From Eledone cirrhosa (taxonomy: Eukaryota): a DNA stretch of 64,000 nucleotides. Where the stretch lies: contig OZ024743.1 in assembly GCA_964016885.1 (NCBI GenBank), positions 257,424,001-257,488,000 of the forward strand. Reading direction: 5' to 3'. A program made the translations under genes and the position numbers. The notes under the pieces were generated by a model that saw nothing but the letters and a program-made list of their open reading frames with translations, had not been told where the DNA came from and searched no databases. Every line of letters starts with the position of its first letter. The stretch's first letter is position 1. Below are positions 27,001-39,273 of the stretch, piece after piece.

Positions 27001-28399
27001 ACCATCCTATTACAAAAAGACTCTCTGCTGAGCTAGATGCCTGTTTGTTGCAAGGATTAACTCTCAGCTGCTAATTCTAGTACTCATGTTTTATTTTTTC
27101 AAGTGAGTGAACTGGAAGAAACATGGAAGCATCTTGCTCAAGGACACAATGTACTGTCTGATCAAGGAATTGAAACCACGACCTTATGATATCAGTCTAA
27201 CACATTTACTATGTTTTACTCATAGTACTTCATACAACACCAATCTCTCTGGTCTCAAAGGGTTTGTAGATGTTATGGGCAGTGCTTCTTCCTCCACACC
27301 AACCAGGTTAAAGAAAAAACAAAAAAATAAATGCAATGAAAGTTAACACTTCTTGCAGTAAATGGTTAAAATATTTTATACATTAGTTCCATTCTATACA
27401 TTGCATCAATCCCTGTTAGAATAACAGACAGACATCAGTGCATATTTTTTGTTTAGTTTTTTATTAAAAACAAGTCCTCCTCCTTCCCCCAAAACAAGAT
27501 ATAATTTAGAAATTCATGAAGAAATAATCAACGTGATAAGTGTATCTATGTCCCATGACGAATGTGCTTTAGTCTGATTAAATAAAACAAAGTGCTTTCG
27601 AAAAGTTGACAAAAAAGAAATATGATTAGCGTTTAGGTTGTTGTTATGAGAGAGTACCTGATTAACAGTGTGTCTAAGAGACGTACTTATTCTATAGCAC
27701 CTTTCAGTGAAGAAGCTATTTACTTGATATCAGTTCAATCAACATCTCACTAGTGTCAGTTTATTCGCTAGTTGATAATGTGTCATTAATGACAAGGAAT
27801 TGTTATGTATGATTATTTTTTTAATTTTTTGTTGTTATTTTAGGAAACATGGGAATATCTTTTCTCCTCCAGTAACCAATGTTTGATAGTTTTTTGGAGG
27901 GATTTATTTTATGGTTTTGCTTTTGCTTTTATTCCATTGTTACTGCCCCCTTCCCCCTACACACATACACACACATATCCTTTACATTAAAAGAATTTCC
28001 TCTTTTGTATTTCCAATAATTTTGCATACGCTGCCATCACTACATGTTAATCAGAACAAAGTATTAAAGATATGAAAATCAATAAAGCCTTATCGATTTT
28101 AGCATTTATTCTATGAGAAAGCCATGATAATATAATTGATGAAGTGAATGCTATAAAGTTTTGGAAAAAGGTGCAAATTTAACATTAGACTTATAAAATT
28201 TTATGATAAACCATTTTACTAAAAAAATCATCTTGTAATCCACAAGGGAAGCACATTCAGAGATAAGTTAGAATGAAGCTTCGGGAAAATATTTAAAATG
28301 GATTGAAATATGTAATTAATTTAACAGATTAAAAGAAACTTTGTAAGCTTATTCTCTCCTAAAATTACAATATCATTCACAATTCTATAAGAAGCAACA

Positions 28400-28575
28400 T
28401 AGGTGCAGACATAGCTGCATAGTTAAAGAGTTTGTTTTGAAACCATGTTTTTTTAAGTGAGGTTCTGTCTTACCATATGATAACCTGGGCAAGTGTCTTC
28501 TACTATAGCTATGGGTTGACTATTGATTTGTGAATAAAATTTGGTAGGTAGAAACTGTGCAGAAACCCATCATCA
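28400..28575 (+). mobile_element. CORE-type SINE
   Basis: tRNA-like head plus CCTGGGCAAGTGTCTTCTACTATAGC core. Confidence 0.65.
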
Positions 28576-29453
28576 TGTGTATATATGTGACAAAAGACCA
28601 CAAGGGCTGGCCAGGTGCTATATTGGTGAAGGCCCATCTATCAGCTTAAAATGTGACCTAACCGATCTTCATGCACCCCTGCACTAGCACTCCTTAGTAA
28701 TTAACTTCACCCCTAGCATCCTCTAGTAAAGCCATGGGATTATTGCTGCCCACAAAACCACATGTGGCCCATTTGGATTTCTGAATGTTTCGCCTAATTT
28801 CAAAATTGCCTTCAATCTTTTAGTAGTGTGGCCCACCTTATGATGAGCCACATCCTATGTGACTTGCTGCTCGAAATGTTTGTCTATGTCTGCCCTAGTA
28901 GTTATCCTCACCATTGCTGCACACCCCAACCCACCCATGCTCTCTCCACTACCACTTCTTGGCTATTCTCGCCATCCCTTAATCCCTCCCAAATCCCAAC
29001 CCACCTGTTACTACTTCCTCTTTGCTATCACTCTCAGAGATCGCGCAAACCCCTACACTCCTACACCTCACCATGTTAAATCCGACCACACTTGCCATAC
29101 ATTCGTAACAACATATGCATCTTCTTTTTCCTCCACAGAGCAGAGAGGGCTCTTTAGTTGGGACAATAACCAACAACCTCCCTCATGCTGGTGCCATGAA
29201 AATGCATCCAGTACATTTTGTAAGGGAGTTGGCAACAGGAATAGCACCTCACAGTAGAAACCTTTTCAAACAAAGGGTTGGGTGGACCCTTGAGTTGTGT
29301 CAACTCTCTAGTGCTTGTGACACAATACAATGCACTTAGTTGAACATGCCCGTCTGGAAGTTTAGTACTTAAGTACTTAAGTACTAACTTGGTCTGTGAG
29401 TGAATACCTGTGCCACCCTTTCTAGCAAGAAAAACAGATGTTAAATGATGGTG

Positions 29454-29520
<67 letters not shown>

Positions 29521-29581
29521 CATCGTACATTAGAGTGAAGGTGTTAAAATATCTAACTGGAATCTCATTCTAAAATATCCA

Positions 29582-31213
29582 CATGAGAGAGAATATCACA
29601 TTTGACACATGGAAAAAGAGAATGCTTTCCCAACATGGCAAACTGCAGGAACTCACACATGAACTGATGAGATACAACTGGCACATCATGGCACTCTGTG
29701 AGGTCAGATGGAAAAAGTTTGTTGAACACATTACTGGTGATGGTCATAGAGTGCTTGAAGAGAAATAAAAGCAAAAGGGCCTTTCAAATGGTGAAAGAGC
29801 TCACAAAGCAGAAACACTCAAGAGTCAGTGCCACCCAAGATAAGGAAGAAAAGTGCCTCACAGAAGAAAAAGACATCACCAAGAGATGGACAGAAGACTG
29901 TTCAGAGTTATTCAGCCATAAGACCCTCGGTGACCCCAGTGTCCTTATCAGTCAGTAAGCGTCAAACAGGAATGACTTCCCAGTCCTGCGTTATGAAGTG
30001 GCAGCAGCAATAAAATGGTTTAAAACTGGAAAAGCATCTGGTACAAACAACATTCCAGCAGAACTGATAAAGCATGGAGTAGAAGCAGTAATTAATATTC
30101 TCATCAGATTCTGCAGCAAGATCTGGCAGACTGGAGAGTTGCCAACATGCTGGTCTCAGTCACTCATTATCACACTCCCCAAGAAAGACAATCTGTAACA
30201 GTGCCAAAATTATAGAACCATCAGCCTTATCAGCCACAAAAGAAAAGTGATGTTGAAAGTCATCCTGAACTGGCTGAAGTCACAAGCTGAGGAAATCATT
30301 ACGGAGGAGCAAGCTAGTTTATGTTACGGAAGGAGCACCACATAGCAGATTTTCAATCTAAGAGTTCTATGCAAGAAGTACAGGCAACACTAACAGAATG
30401 TTTATCACGTATTCATTGATTTCAAGAAATCATTCGACAGGGTGTGGCATGATGTTTTGTGGGGGACCATGAAGAAATATAACATTGGCCAAAAGATCAT
30501 TCACACCATACAACAGTTGTACACGAAAGCCTCAAGTGTGGTACTTGTCCAAGACAATGGGGGGACTCATTCCACACATCAGTAGGTGTTTGACAGGGCT
30601 GTCTCCTCTCCCTGATACTGTTCAACATCTTCCTTGAGCAAATCATGACAGATGCCTTAGAAGACAATCCTGGCACAATGATTATTGGATGACAAATTGT
30701 TACAAATCTCAGGTTCTCTGGTAATATCAACAGGCTAGCCGGAAGTGAAGAAGAACTTGCCAAGCTGGTAAACTGCTTGGATGTAATTTCTGCCAGATAT
30801 GGCATGAGATCAGCACTGAGAAAACCAAACTGATGATAAACACTCCAAAGCCAATAGAGAGAAAGATCATGGTCAGTGGTCAAGAGCTGAAGACTATGAT
30901 GCAGTTCAAGTAACTTGGTGCCATCATCAGTCAAGAGGGATCAAAGCAAGAGTCCCTTGCAAGGAGTGCTGTAACAGCCACAGCACTTGCTAGACTGAAA
31001 ACAATTCTCCAAGGAATAGTGTGGGGAAAGAGAAGACAGGGCAGACATAGGAACCAGACAACATAGCTGAGGGGATGGGAAAAAATATTGTCTCAGCCCA
31101 AGCACTCACCCATGATGACCAGAGATGGAGGCAGTTGGTGCAACATTGAACACTGTAGTGTCCCAACGATGCCATAGAGGATTAAGGGACCATGATGATG
31201 ATGATGATGATGA

Positions 31214-31217
<4 letters not shown>
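29582..31217 (+). pseudogene. Decayed RTE/BovB-like LINE with internal deletions
   Basis: APE start (MALCEVRW), GKASG..IPAELIK, LPKK.NL..C.NYRTISL, FIDFKKSFDRV, QGCLLS; (GAT)n tail at 31192-31217. Confidence 0.85.
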
Positions 31218-31309
<92 letters not shown>

Positions 31310-31904
31310 TTCTATTTATTCATCTATCTAAATATCTATCTATTAAAATGCCTATCCCACTGTCTAGAATGCTTGGCTATTTCATATTTTCATCTAGTTT
31401 TGTCTATCAGAGAATATTAGTTTATTATACAGCAAGACAGTACAGTTACACTACAATTTAACAATAGATACCAAGCTGTTTAAAGTCCATAAATATATCT
31501 ATATCTTGAAAGTTGAGTGTCTATACCATGATGACAGTTACAATGCAGGAAACATCTACGTTTTATCATAGACGCGATCTATCTATTACCACTTTTTCCC
31601 TGCCGCAGGCAATACTGAATGTAAATACTAGAATAAAAAGACTAATTATTATATATTTCCATATATGTAAATGTTAAATGTCATAAATTTAGTTTTTTTC
31701 TTTTTTTATGTTTCTTTCTATCAACTCAAAATCGTATATTACTAACACACTTCCATTTACAAACAAGGCAGAGGAATTAAACAGGATCACCATCTTGCCA
31801 TTTCCTCAGGCCTAATACAGGATAACTTCTTGGAAATTTATTGAAATACTCTAGAGTATAGTATATAATATAGAAAGAATTGTCTGGTTTGATATATATA
31901 CATA

Positions 31905-32200
31905 TATATTAGCAAGTATACCCTATGTATTGTACATACTTACATACGTAGATATAGTTTTTCTCAACACATTTCCTTAAAAGCTTCTCTTTTATGCAGA
32001 GAAACTTAAATAAGTGGCTAGATTCGTAGCTGCATTATTAAAATCTCTTTAGATTAAGGTTAAAGTGCGACCTATATACTCTGTTACTGTCTTACTCTAT
32101 TCTCATTTCCAATTACGAATTGTACCTCTTGGAATAAAATGTTGTTATTAGTACCTTAAAACATTTAGTAAAATTGTTATCTTTCACAAACACACTCACA
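31905..32200 (-). mobile_element. Possible Helitron 3'-end remnant
   Basis: Degenerate 'TVTEYIGRTL' (cf. Helitron helicase TINKSQGQTL) and terminal GGGTATACTTGCTAAT resembling a CTAG end; weak. Confidence 0.3.
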
Positions 32201-32388
32201 AAATAACAACACCAATAAAAATAATAAACTTCTCTAAATTTTAAGACTTTCATTACTATATTCTTCCTAATGAAAATTAAGAATTTGTAGTTAAGAATTT
32301 GTAGTCATAAAAATAAAATAAAAATTTGTAGTATTTTTATTTTTATTTCTGCTTTATATATAGTAATAATCTCATTATCTTTCCCAAA

Positions 32389-32511
32389 GTTCTGAAGATC
32401 TGCGCCATAATATTATTCTACGTTACTTATATTTCTCTGCACCAAATCAATAACTTTCTTACCATCGATTGATCCAGAAACATTATATGGAGTAGTGAAA
32501 CAATTGTAAAC
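32389..32511 (+). ncRNA. Type-I hammerhead motif with extended stem II
   Basis: GUU-CUGAAGA-U-CUGC-G-CCAUA...UAUGG-A-GUAG-U-GAAA-CAAUUG-UA-AAC; palindromic ACAAUUGU stem/loop III; GUA site; only 3-bp stem I. Confidence 0.55.
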
Positions 32512-33356
32512 GGACATTACTATCCCCTTTCTATATTAAACTGCACTTAATGTTGATACTCTGTGACTAATGTCTTCTATGTGAATTTGTGGTCTTGATT
32601 TGCTTAAGTACTGAATATTTCCAGCTCTGTACAGCTAACCTCAGCATGAATCCAGTTTTTCAACTGCTTTCCACTGCATATTGCACATCGAGCACCCGCT
32701 TTTAAGCTTTGGCTTCTAACACCGTCACCAATCTCTCCTACCCTACTTCTATCTCTCTATTTACGATTGGTTTACTCTTGAATTGTCTATACAATATATA
32801 TAATAATAATAATATTATTTATACTTATATATACACTATATATAATTATAAACAGGAAAGGTCAGTAATTCATTACCACCTTATTACCAGTAAGAAAAAT
32901 AGCTCAATGTAAATACATCAGATGTTTTACAGAGCCGGAATATATCATATTGCATCCACTATAAACTTCATAGACACTGCTTTTCATACCCACGCATCTC
33001 TGTCTGCTTAATGTGCTTTTATACTGTATTGTATTATGTGATACCTTTGCCATACTGTGATATATATGCTTAGTACCATTGCTTGATTCTTACCTGGTTA
33101 TTCTGTACATACCTAATACCTATGCACTCTTTCTATACGTTTGCATATGTACCGCTAATGTCATCATTTTGCGAGTAACTTTCTTCTTTAATTCCTCTAT
33201 AATTGCTGTATTATTCTTTTATAATCTTTGTCGCATCCACTGATACTGACTACTGACTCTTTAAATATGACACTGTTAGTGGCAACACTAACATCTACGT
33301 ATCTTTACAATTGTTCTGTAGAATAGGAGGTTAATTATATGTCTAAACTTTGCTAG

Positions 33357-33403
33357 TGCTCCGATGATTCCAACCGAAAGTTTGGAAGAAACGATTGTAA
33401 GCA
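33357..33403 (+). ncRNA. Type-I hammerhead motif (U4C core variant)
   Basis: UGCU-CCGAUGA-UUCCAA ccgaaagu UUGGAA-GAAA-CGAUUG-UA-AGCA, about 30 nt before a (TA)n tract. Confidence 0.6.
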
Positions 33404-33427
33404 ATAAAATGTTTGGATTATTCTGTA

Positions 33428-33465
<38 letters not shown>

Positions 33466-33672
33466 AGTGTAATTTGGAGTTACTGTAGGTTCACCCAGGT
33501 GAGCACTCGATGTTTAGGTTCACTTCTGTGTTGAGGTGTAGAGCTATACAGAGTGTAATATATTGAAAGGATAACAAGGACGATTGGTTACTCGTTCATT
33601 ACATTTAGTGGTAGGTGACGCGCGTTTCGCCACTGCTCAGTTCAAGGTTCGATCTGTATCGATCTTACCCGG

Positions 33673-33751
33673 CTCAATAATTGGCAGCTCGACGGACCCT
33701 TTAAAATTCTTATATCATTTTAAAGGGTCCGTCAAGCTGCCGATTATTGAG
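33673..33751. other. Long near-perfect hairpin (34-bp arms, 11-nt loop)
   Basis: CTCAATAATTGGCAGCTCGACGGACCCTTTAAAA / TTTTAAAGGGTCCGTCAAGCTGCCGATTATTGAG; two differences. Confidence 0.9.
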
Positions 33752-33866
33752 TCTATGTACGTCAATACTCATCTTTTTCCATTTCTCCGAGGGTTCTTAA
33801 ACCCACTATCAGGCTAAATAATTTCTTTAATTTCTTTAGTCAAAATACGGCGATAGCTACATTTCT

Positions 33867-34013
<147 letters not shown>

Positions 34014-34095
34014 CACATATATATACACGTATATATATATATAATCAACAAGTGTAAGTCAATAGGTTAAAATTAACTTTGTTTATTCATATTTG

Positions 34096-34152
34096 CTGTT
34101 ATATATATTTCAGTGATAACCATTATACAACAGTTATGACCTCATCAGACAG
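34096..34152 (-). ncRNA. Type-I hammerhead ribozyme motif
   Basis: CUGU-CUGAUGA-GGUCAUAAC...GUUAUCACU-GAAA-UAUAUA-UA-ACAG; full core, palindromic loop III, AUA site; about 55 nt from (TA)n. Confidence 0.7.
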
Positions 34153-35519
34153 AATTTAAACAGAAAATACAGAAATATATAACGATGAAATAAAACTTAA
34201 TTCTCTTATTTCGATTTTTTTTTATATGCTCAGTGCTGAAATATGGTGCTGCGTTCACAAGGTACCAGTAGCATATGATTTAGAATGAATGAATTCACAG
34301 CATCAGTAGAATTAACCCCTTTCCCATTGGCCAGATTTAGTTTCAACATTCCAACAACAAGTCCATTGAATTTCTTACTGTCATCAATTGTCCTGGAATA
34401 AAGTCAGCCGGTTGGGGTTGTTTTCAGCAGCTAACAATAACAACTGAAGATATGCTAATTTATTTAGCATCAATAGGAATAGGCATAGGCCATTAGGCAG
34501 CACTAGCTGATTCTTTAGAAACCCAGCAGAGACTGGATGAGGAAAGTAGTAGGCCCGGGATAGACCCAAGTAACACTAACCTACACAGGGATTCTGCACA
34601 AATCACAGGGAAAGACCGCTCCAAACTACCCACTGGGCACCTTGTAGTAAACACACAGGGGCTGACTGTGGGCTGACTGCATCATGTAACTGCAGAAACC
34701 TTGTCTCGTGCCTCTTTAGCAATAATTGCCTGGTGAAAAACTTAGTTTACCACTGTAGAGGAAGGAGGGTCAAGGAAACCATGAGCAGATGTGGTGAGGG
34801 CTGGTCTCAAAACACTGAAACTTACAGTGAAGGTGATGAGTGGAGAGATACTATGCTGAGAAGAACCCATCCAACCCATACTAGCTTGAAAAAAGGAGTT
34901 AAAAATGATGATAATATATGTCATCATCATCATAATTTAGTGTCTATTTTCCATGCTAACATGGGTTAGACAAGCTGTCCCATTATGTGATAAGTCAAAT
35001 CAAGTGAATGTGTCTTGCTCATACAGAACTGTTTCTGTCTTGGTTTCTACTACTGGATGCCCTTTCTAATGCCAACCACATTAACAGTGTAGACTGATTG
35101 CTTTTTATCATGGCACCAAAACAACCTGCTGAGAGGTTGAACTTGGTGCTCATTTGTCTTGTCACCAACATGACCACTTTACATGGGGGTTTGGTTGTGT
35201 CACCAGCTTAACCACTATGCAGGGTTGACTAGGAGCTTTTTGCCATTGCAGCAGCATTGTGTTAAAGTGTGCCCCGCTTTCCATGCTTATATGCATAGTT
35301 TGGACAGGAATCATGTACCAGATGTGGAAGGAGGGGGGTCGAAGTAGAGCGAAGAGTGTGTGTATCATATGTGCGAAGTGTGTGTAATAATAATAATTTT
35401 AATATATATATATATATATGTGTGTCTATTTATATATATATATATATATACATATACACACACATATCATATCATCATCTTCATCATCGTTTAACACCTA
35501 TATTCCACGCTAGCATGGG

Positions 35520-35592
<73 letters not shown>

Positions 35593-35618
35593 CATATATA
35601 TAAATACATATATATATA

Positions 35619-37093
35619 TCATCATCATCATCATCATCATCAACGTTTAACGTCCGTGTTCCACGCTTGCATGGGTTTGGACGGGGGTAGTCCCACTTGA
35701 GGCAAGAGTGATTGTCTTGCTCGCATAGGACTGTCTGGCAGGTTTTCTACAGTTGGATGCCCTTCCTAACACCAACCACATTTACAGTGTGGGTCTGGGA
35801 GGTTTTTACCGTGTTGCCTACATGGCCACATTACAGCGTGGACTGTGTGTTTTTTGTCGTGACACCTACACGATCTCATTTGTTTCGGCCTCGATGGCGC
35901 GGCACCAACATAACTTTACATAGAACGGGGTGGTGTGGATCGGGTGGGGGTGGGGGTGGTGGGACGGGGTGTATTTTGTTAGAGATGCCTACTGGCTGGA
36001 GTAGGTTTTACTATATATTTAGGTAAGGCGGGTCTTCTCTGTTACTGAGTACCGCCAAAGGTCTCGGTCCAGTGACATTGTCTTGGAGAGGTGTAAGTGT
36101 GTGATGTCGGAGTTTATCAGCTCGTCCCAGGTTTTTCTAGGTCTGCCTATTCCGTGACTACCGTCTATCTTTATTGCCCTGCACTTTGTTATACAGCTAT
36201 CGACTTTCATGCGCATCACGTGTCCATACCAACGTAGCCTTCTCTCGAGTAAACAACATCTGATCCCTCTTATCTCTAATTTTTTCCTTAGTTCGTTTAT
36301 GCTTTGCCGTTCACGTATATTACTGTTACACATCCAGCGGAGCATGCAAGCTTCGTTCCTCTCTAGTCTGCGTATATCCTCTGCACACAATGCCCAGGTC
36401 TCACTGCCATGCAGCATTGCTGTTCGTATGCAGGCATCGTACAACCTGCCTTTCATTTTTAGTGAGAACCCTTTAGCAGCTAATAGTGGTATAAGCTCTC
36501 TGAACTTTTTCCAACCAGTTCTGACTCTAGCTACAGTACTTTCAGAGCACCCTCCCCCACTGCTGATTTTATCGCCCAGGTAACGGAAGCTGTCCACTAT
36601 TTCTATAGAACCCTCTGCGCAATTGAAAGAGCTAGTAGTTTGTGGGCACTTGCTGCTACTTATTGCACCAGAGCACCGGCCACATGTAAAATCTATGTGC
36701 TTAGTTAGCTTACCTGTGATCCCACTACATCTTTTATGCACCCATACTTTGCATTTAGGACATAAAATGGAGTTTCTACCTACGCCTTTCCTACACACCG
36801 AGCACGACCATTTCCCAGAAGGGACCGCCGCCTTGTTTTCTTTCCTACAAACTAGTACTTTGGTCTTAGCCAGGTTAATTTTAAGTCCTTTTGACTCTAG
36901 GCCGTGCTTCCATGTTTGGAATTTCTTCTCTAGCTCGGCCATTGATTCCGCTATGAGTGTCAGGTCGTCTGCGTATAGGAGTTCCCAGGGGCAGCCTGTC
37001 TTGAACTCCTCTGTTATAGCCTGAAGGGCAATAATAAATAGTAGTGGACTGAGAACAGAGCCCTGATGGACGCCGACTTTTACGCTAAACTCT

Positions 37094-37098
<5 letters not shown>
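35619..37098 (-). mobile_element. 5'-truncated young RTE LINE with ~400-nt 3' UTR and (GAT)n tail
   Basis: Open RT C-terminal ORF followed by a C-rich tract, two pseudoknot modules, TAGGAAGGGCATCC and CCCATGCAAGCGTGGAACACGGACGTTAAACGTT(GAT)n; embedded in (TA)n. Confidence 0.85.
36019..37098 (-). CDS. RTE reverse transcriptase C-terminal part with PHD finger (partial, uninterrupted)
   Basis: VGVHQGSVLSPLLF, LLYADDL, C4HC3 finger at 36673-36804, RLRWYGHVMRM, GRPRKTW. The ORF-track start at 37152 lies in (TA)n and is spurious. Confidence 0.9.
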
Positions 37099-37155
<57 letters not shown>

Positions 37156-37254
37156 TATATATATATATATACGTTATTCCGGGTTGAATCGGAGGTAACC
37201 ACAGTAAGTAAGGTACTCAATACATTGCAGAGTATAAAAGTTTTAATATAGATG

Positions 37255-37305
37255 AGATTCTACAGGACTAGAACTGTTTCATTCTTTATAAATCATCAGG
37301 AATCT
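37255..37305 (-). ncRNA. Type-I hammerhead ribozyme in the Naiad pLTR
   Basis: AGAUUC-CUGAUGA-UUUAUAAAGAAU-GAAA-CAG uucuaguc CUG-UA-GAAUCU; 6-bp stem I, GUA site. Confidence 0.8.
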
Positions 37306-37759
37306 GGGTATCAAAAAATAAATATGGTATTTATAGGTCTCTACAAGTGGTAGGAGAGGGTGGGATGGGTGTAGGTCATTGGTTGATAGAAAAGGAATTC
37401 ATTAAAAGCTAATTCTACAAAGCTATAGTTTATTTTTATTTATTAATTTTTGTTTTTAGTAACAAAGGCAGACAGAATTCTATAAACAGATTCCAGATGG
37501 CATACCATTCCTTGTCATTAAGTTTCTCTTAAGCTAACAGATGTCTATAAGATCAGTGGGGGGTCAGTCATGGAAGATAGAATTAAAGGAAAGGGAGATT
37601 CTTTAAAAGCTAAATTCATTAAGGTTCTACCAAGTGACAAAGGTTTAGAGAATTCTGTAGACAGATTCAAAATACTGAGTGCATATCTTACAATTATCTT
37701 CGAACTTCTCTTAAACTAATCAACTATATGCCAAAAATCAACAGACACATTCACAAAAA

Positions 37760-37869
37760 ACACACTCACTCACACACTCGCGCGCAACCATAAACACACA
37801 TACACATACCCATATACACACATAAAAACACACACACATATATAAATATATTTATATATATATATATAT

Positions 37870-37936
<67 letters not shown>

Positions 37937-38003
37937 CACACACACACACACACACATATATACACATATATACACTCACACACATACATACATATACACA
38001 TAC

Positions 38004-38034
<31 letters not shown>

Positions 38035-38096
38035 CATATAATACATACATATACACACATATATATATATATACATATACACACACATACACACAA

Positions 38097-38129
<33 letters not shown>

Positions 38130-38211
38130 CATATATATACATAAACAAATATATACATATACATACACACACACACACACACACACATACACATATATAA
38201 GGAAAAAGCAC

Positions 38212-38272
<61 letters not shown>

Positions 38273-38453
38273 ATATATACACACATATATATATATATAT
38301 ATACAAACATACATATACACATATATATACATATACACACACACACAATATATATACACATATATACATACACACACACACACACACATACATACACACA
38401 TACACACATACATACATACATACATATACAAATATATATACATATATACATAT

Positions 38454-38494
<41 letters not shown>

Positions 38495-38798
38495 CACATA
38501 TATACATATAAATACATACATATACACACACATATATACACACACACACATATACACATATATACACACAGACACACACACCCATACACATGCATATATA
38601 TAAATATATATATATATATATCTATATATATACATATATACACATACATACACAGACATATACATAAATATACGCATATATACAAACATATATACGCATA
38701 TATACACACATATATACATATATATATATATATACACGCATACGCACATACACACACACACACACAAATATATATATACACACACTCTCTCTCACGCA

Positions 38799-38861
<63 letters not shown>

Positions 38862-39140
38862 CTGCACACACACACATATATATATACACACACACACACA
38901 TACACACATACACATATATATATATATATATATACATATATACATACATACACATACATACACATATATACACATATATATATACATATATATACATACA
39001 TAAATATACACACATAAAACACATATACACACATAGATATATATATATACATACACATACATATACACACATACACACAAATATATACACATACAAATAA
39101 ATAAGTACTCAATAAATATACGCATATACGCAGGCACATA
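37760..39140. repeat. ~1.4-kb compound (TA)n/(CA)n microsatellite inside the Naiad 3' region
   Basis: Direct inspection; source of the 270-414 aa YIYI/CVCV artefact ORFs. Confidence 0.95.
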
Positions 39141-39273
39141 AAAACACCTCTACAGGCAGAAAATGTAGATAGGAAAGAGGTACTCACATAACCATAGTGG
39201 TCGTATTTCAGGTTGAGGAGGGGTGGGGGTAGGGTGGGAAGGAGGTATAGGGGCCAATAGGGGGAGGTCTTTT

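Noticed and set aside
28586-29110. Possible solo LTR (TGTGAC...GTAACA)
   Set aside because: No TSD, PBS or PPT and no second copy; ends may be chance.
36623-37024. Antisense ORFs over LINE RT regions (also 50863-51423, 40658-40999, 59074-59682)
   Set aside because: Shadow frames of RT coding sequence with no independent signal.
37766-39187. Long ORFs of 270-414 aa ([12 protein letters not shown]), and similar ORFs at other TA/CA tracts
   Set aside because: Translations of microsatellites that lack stop codons; not proteins.
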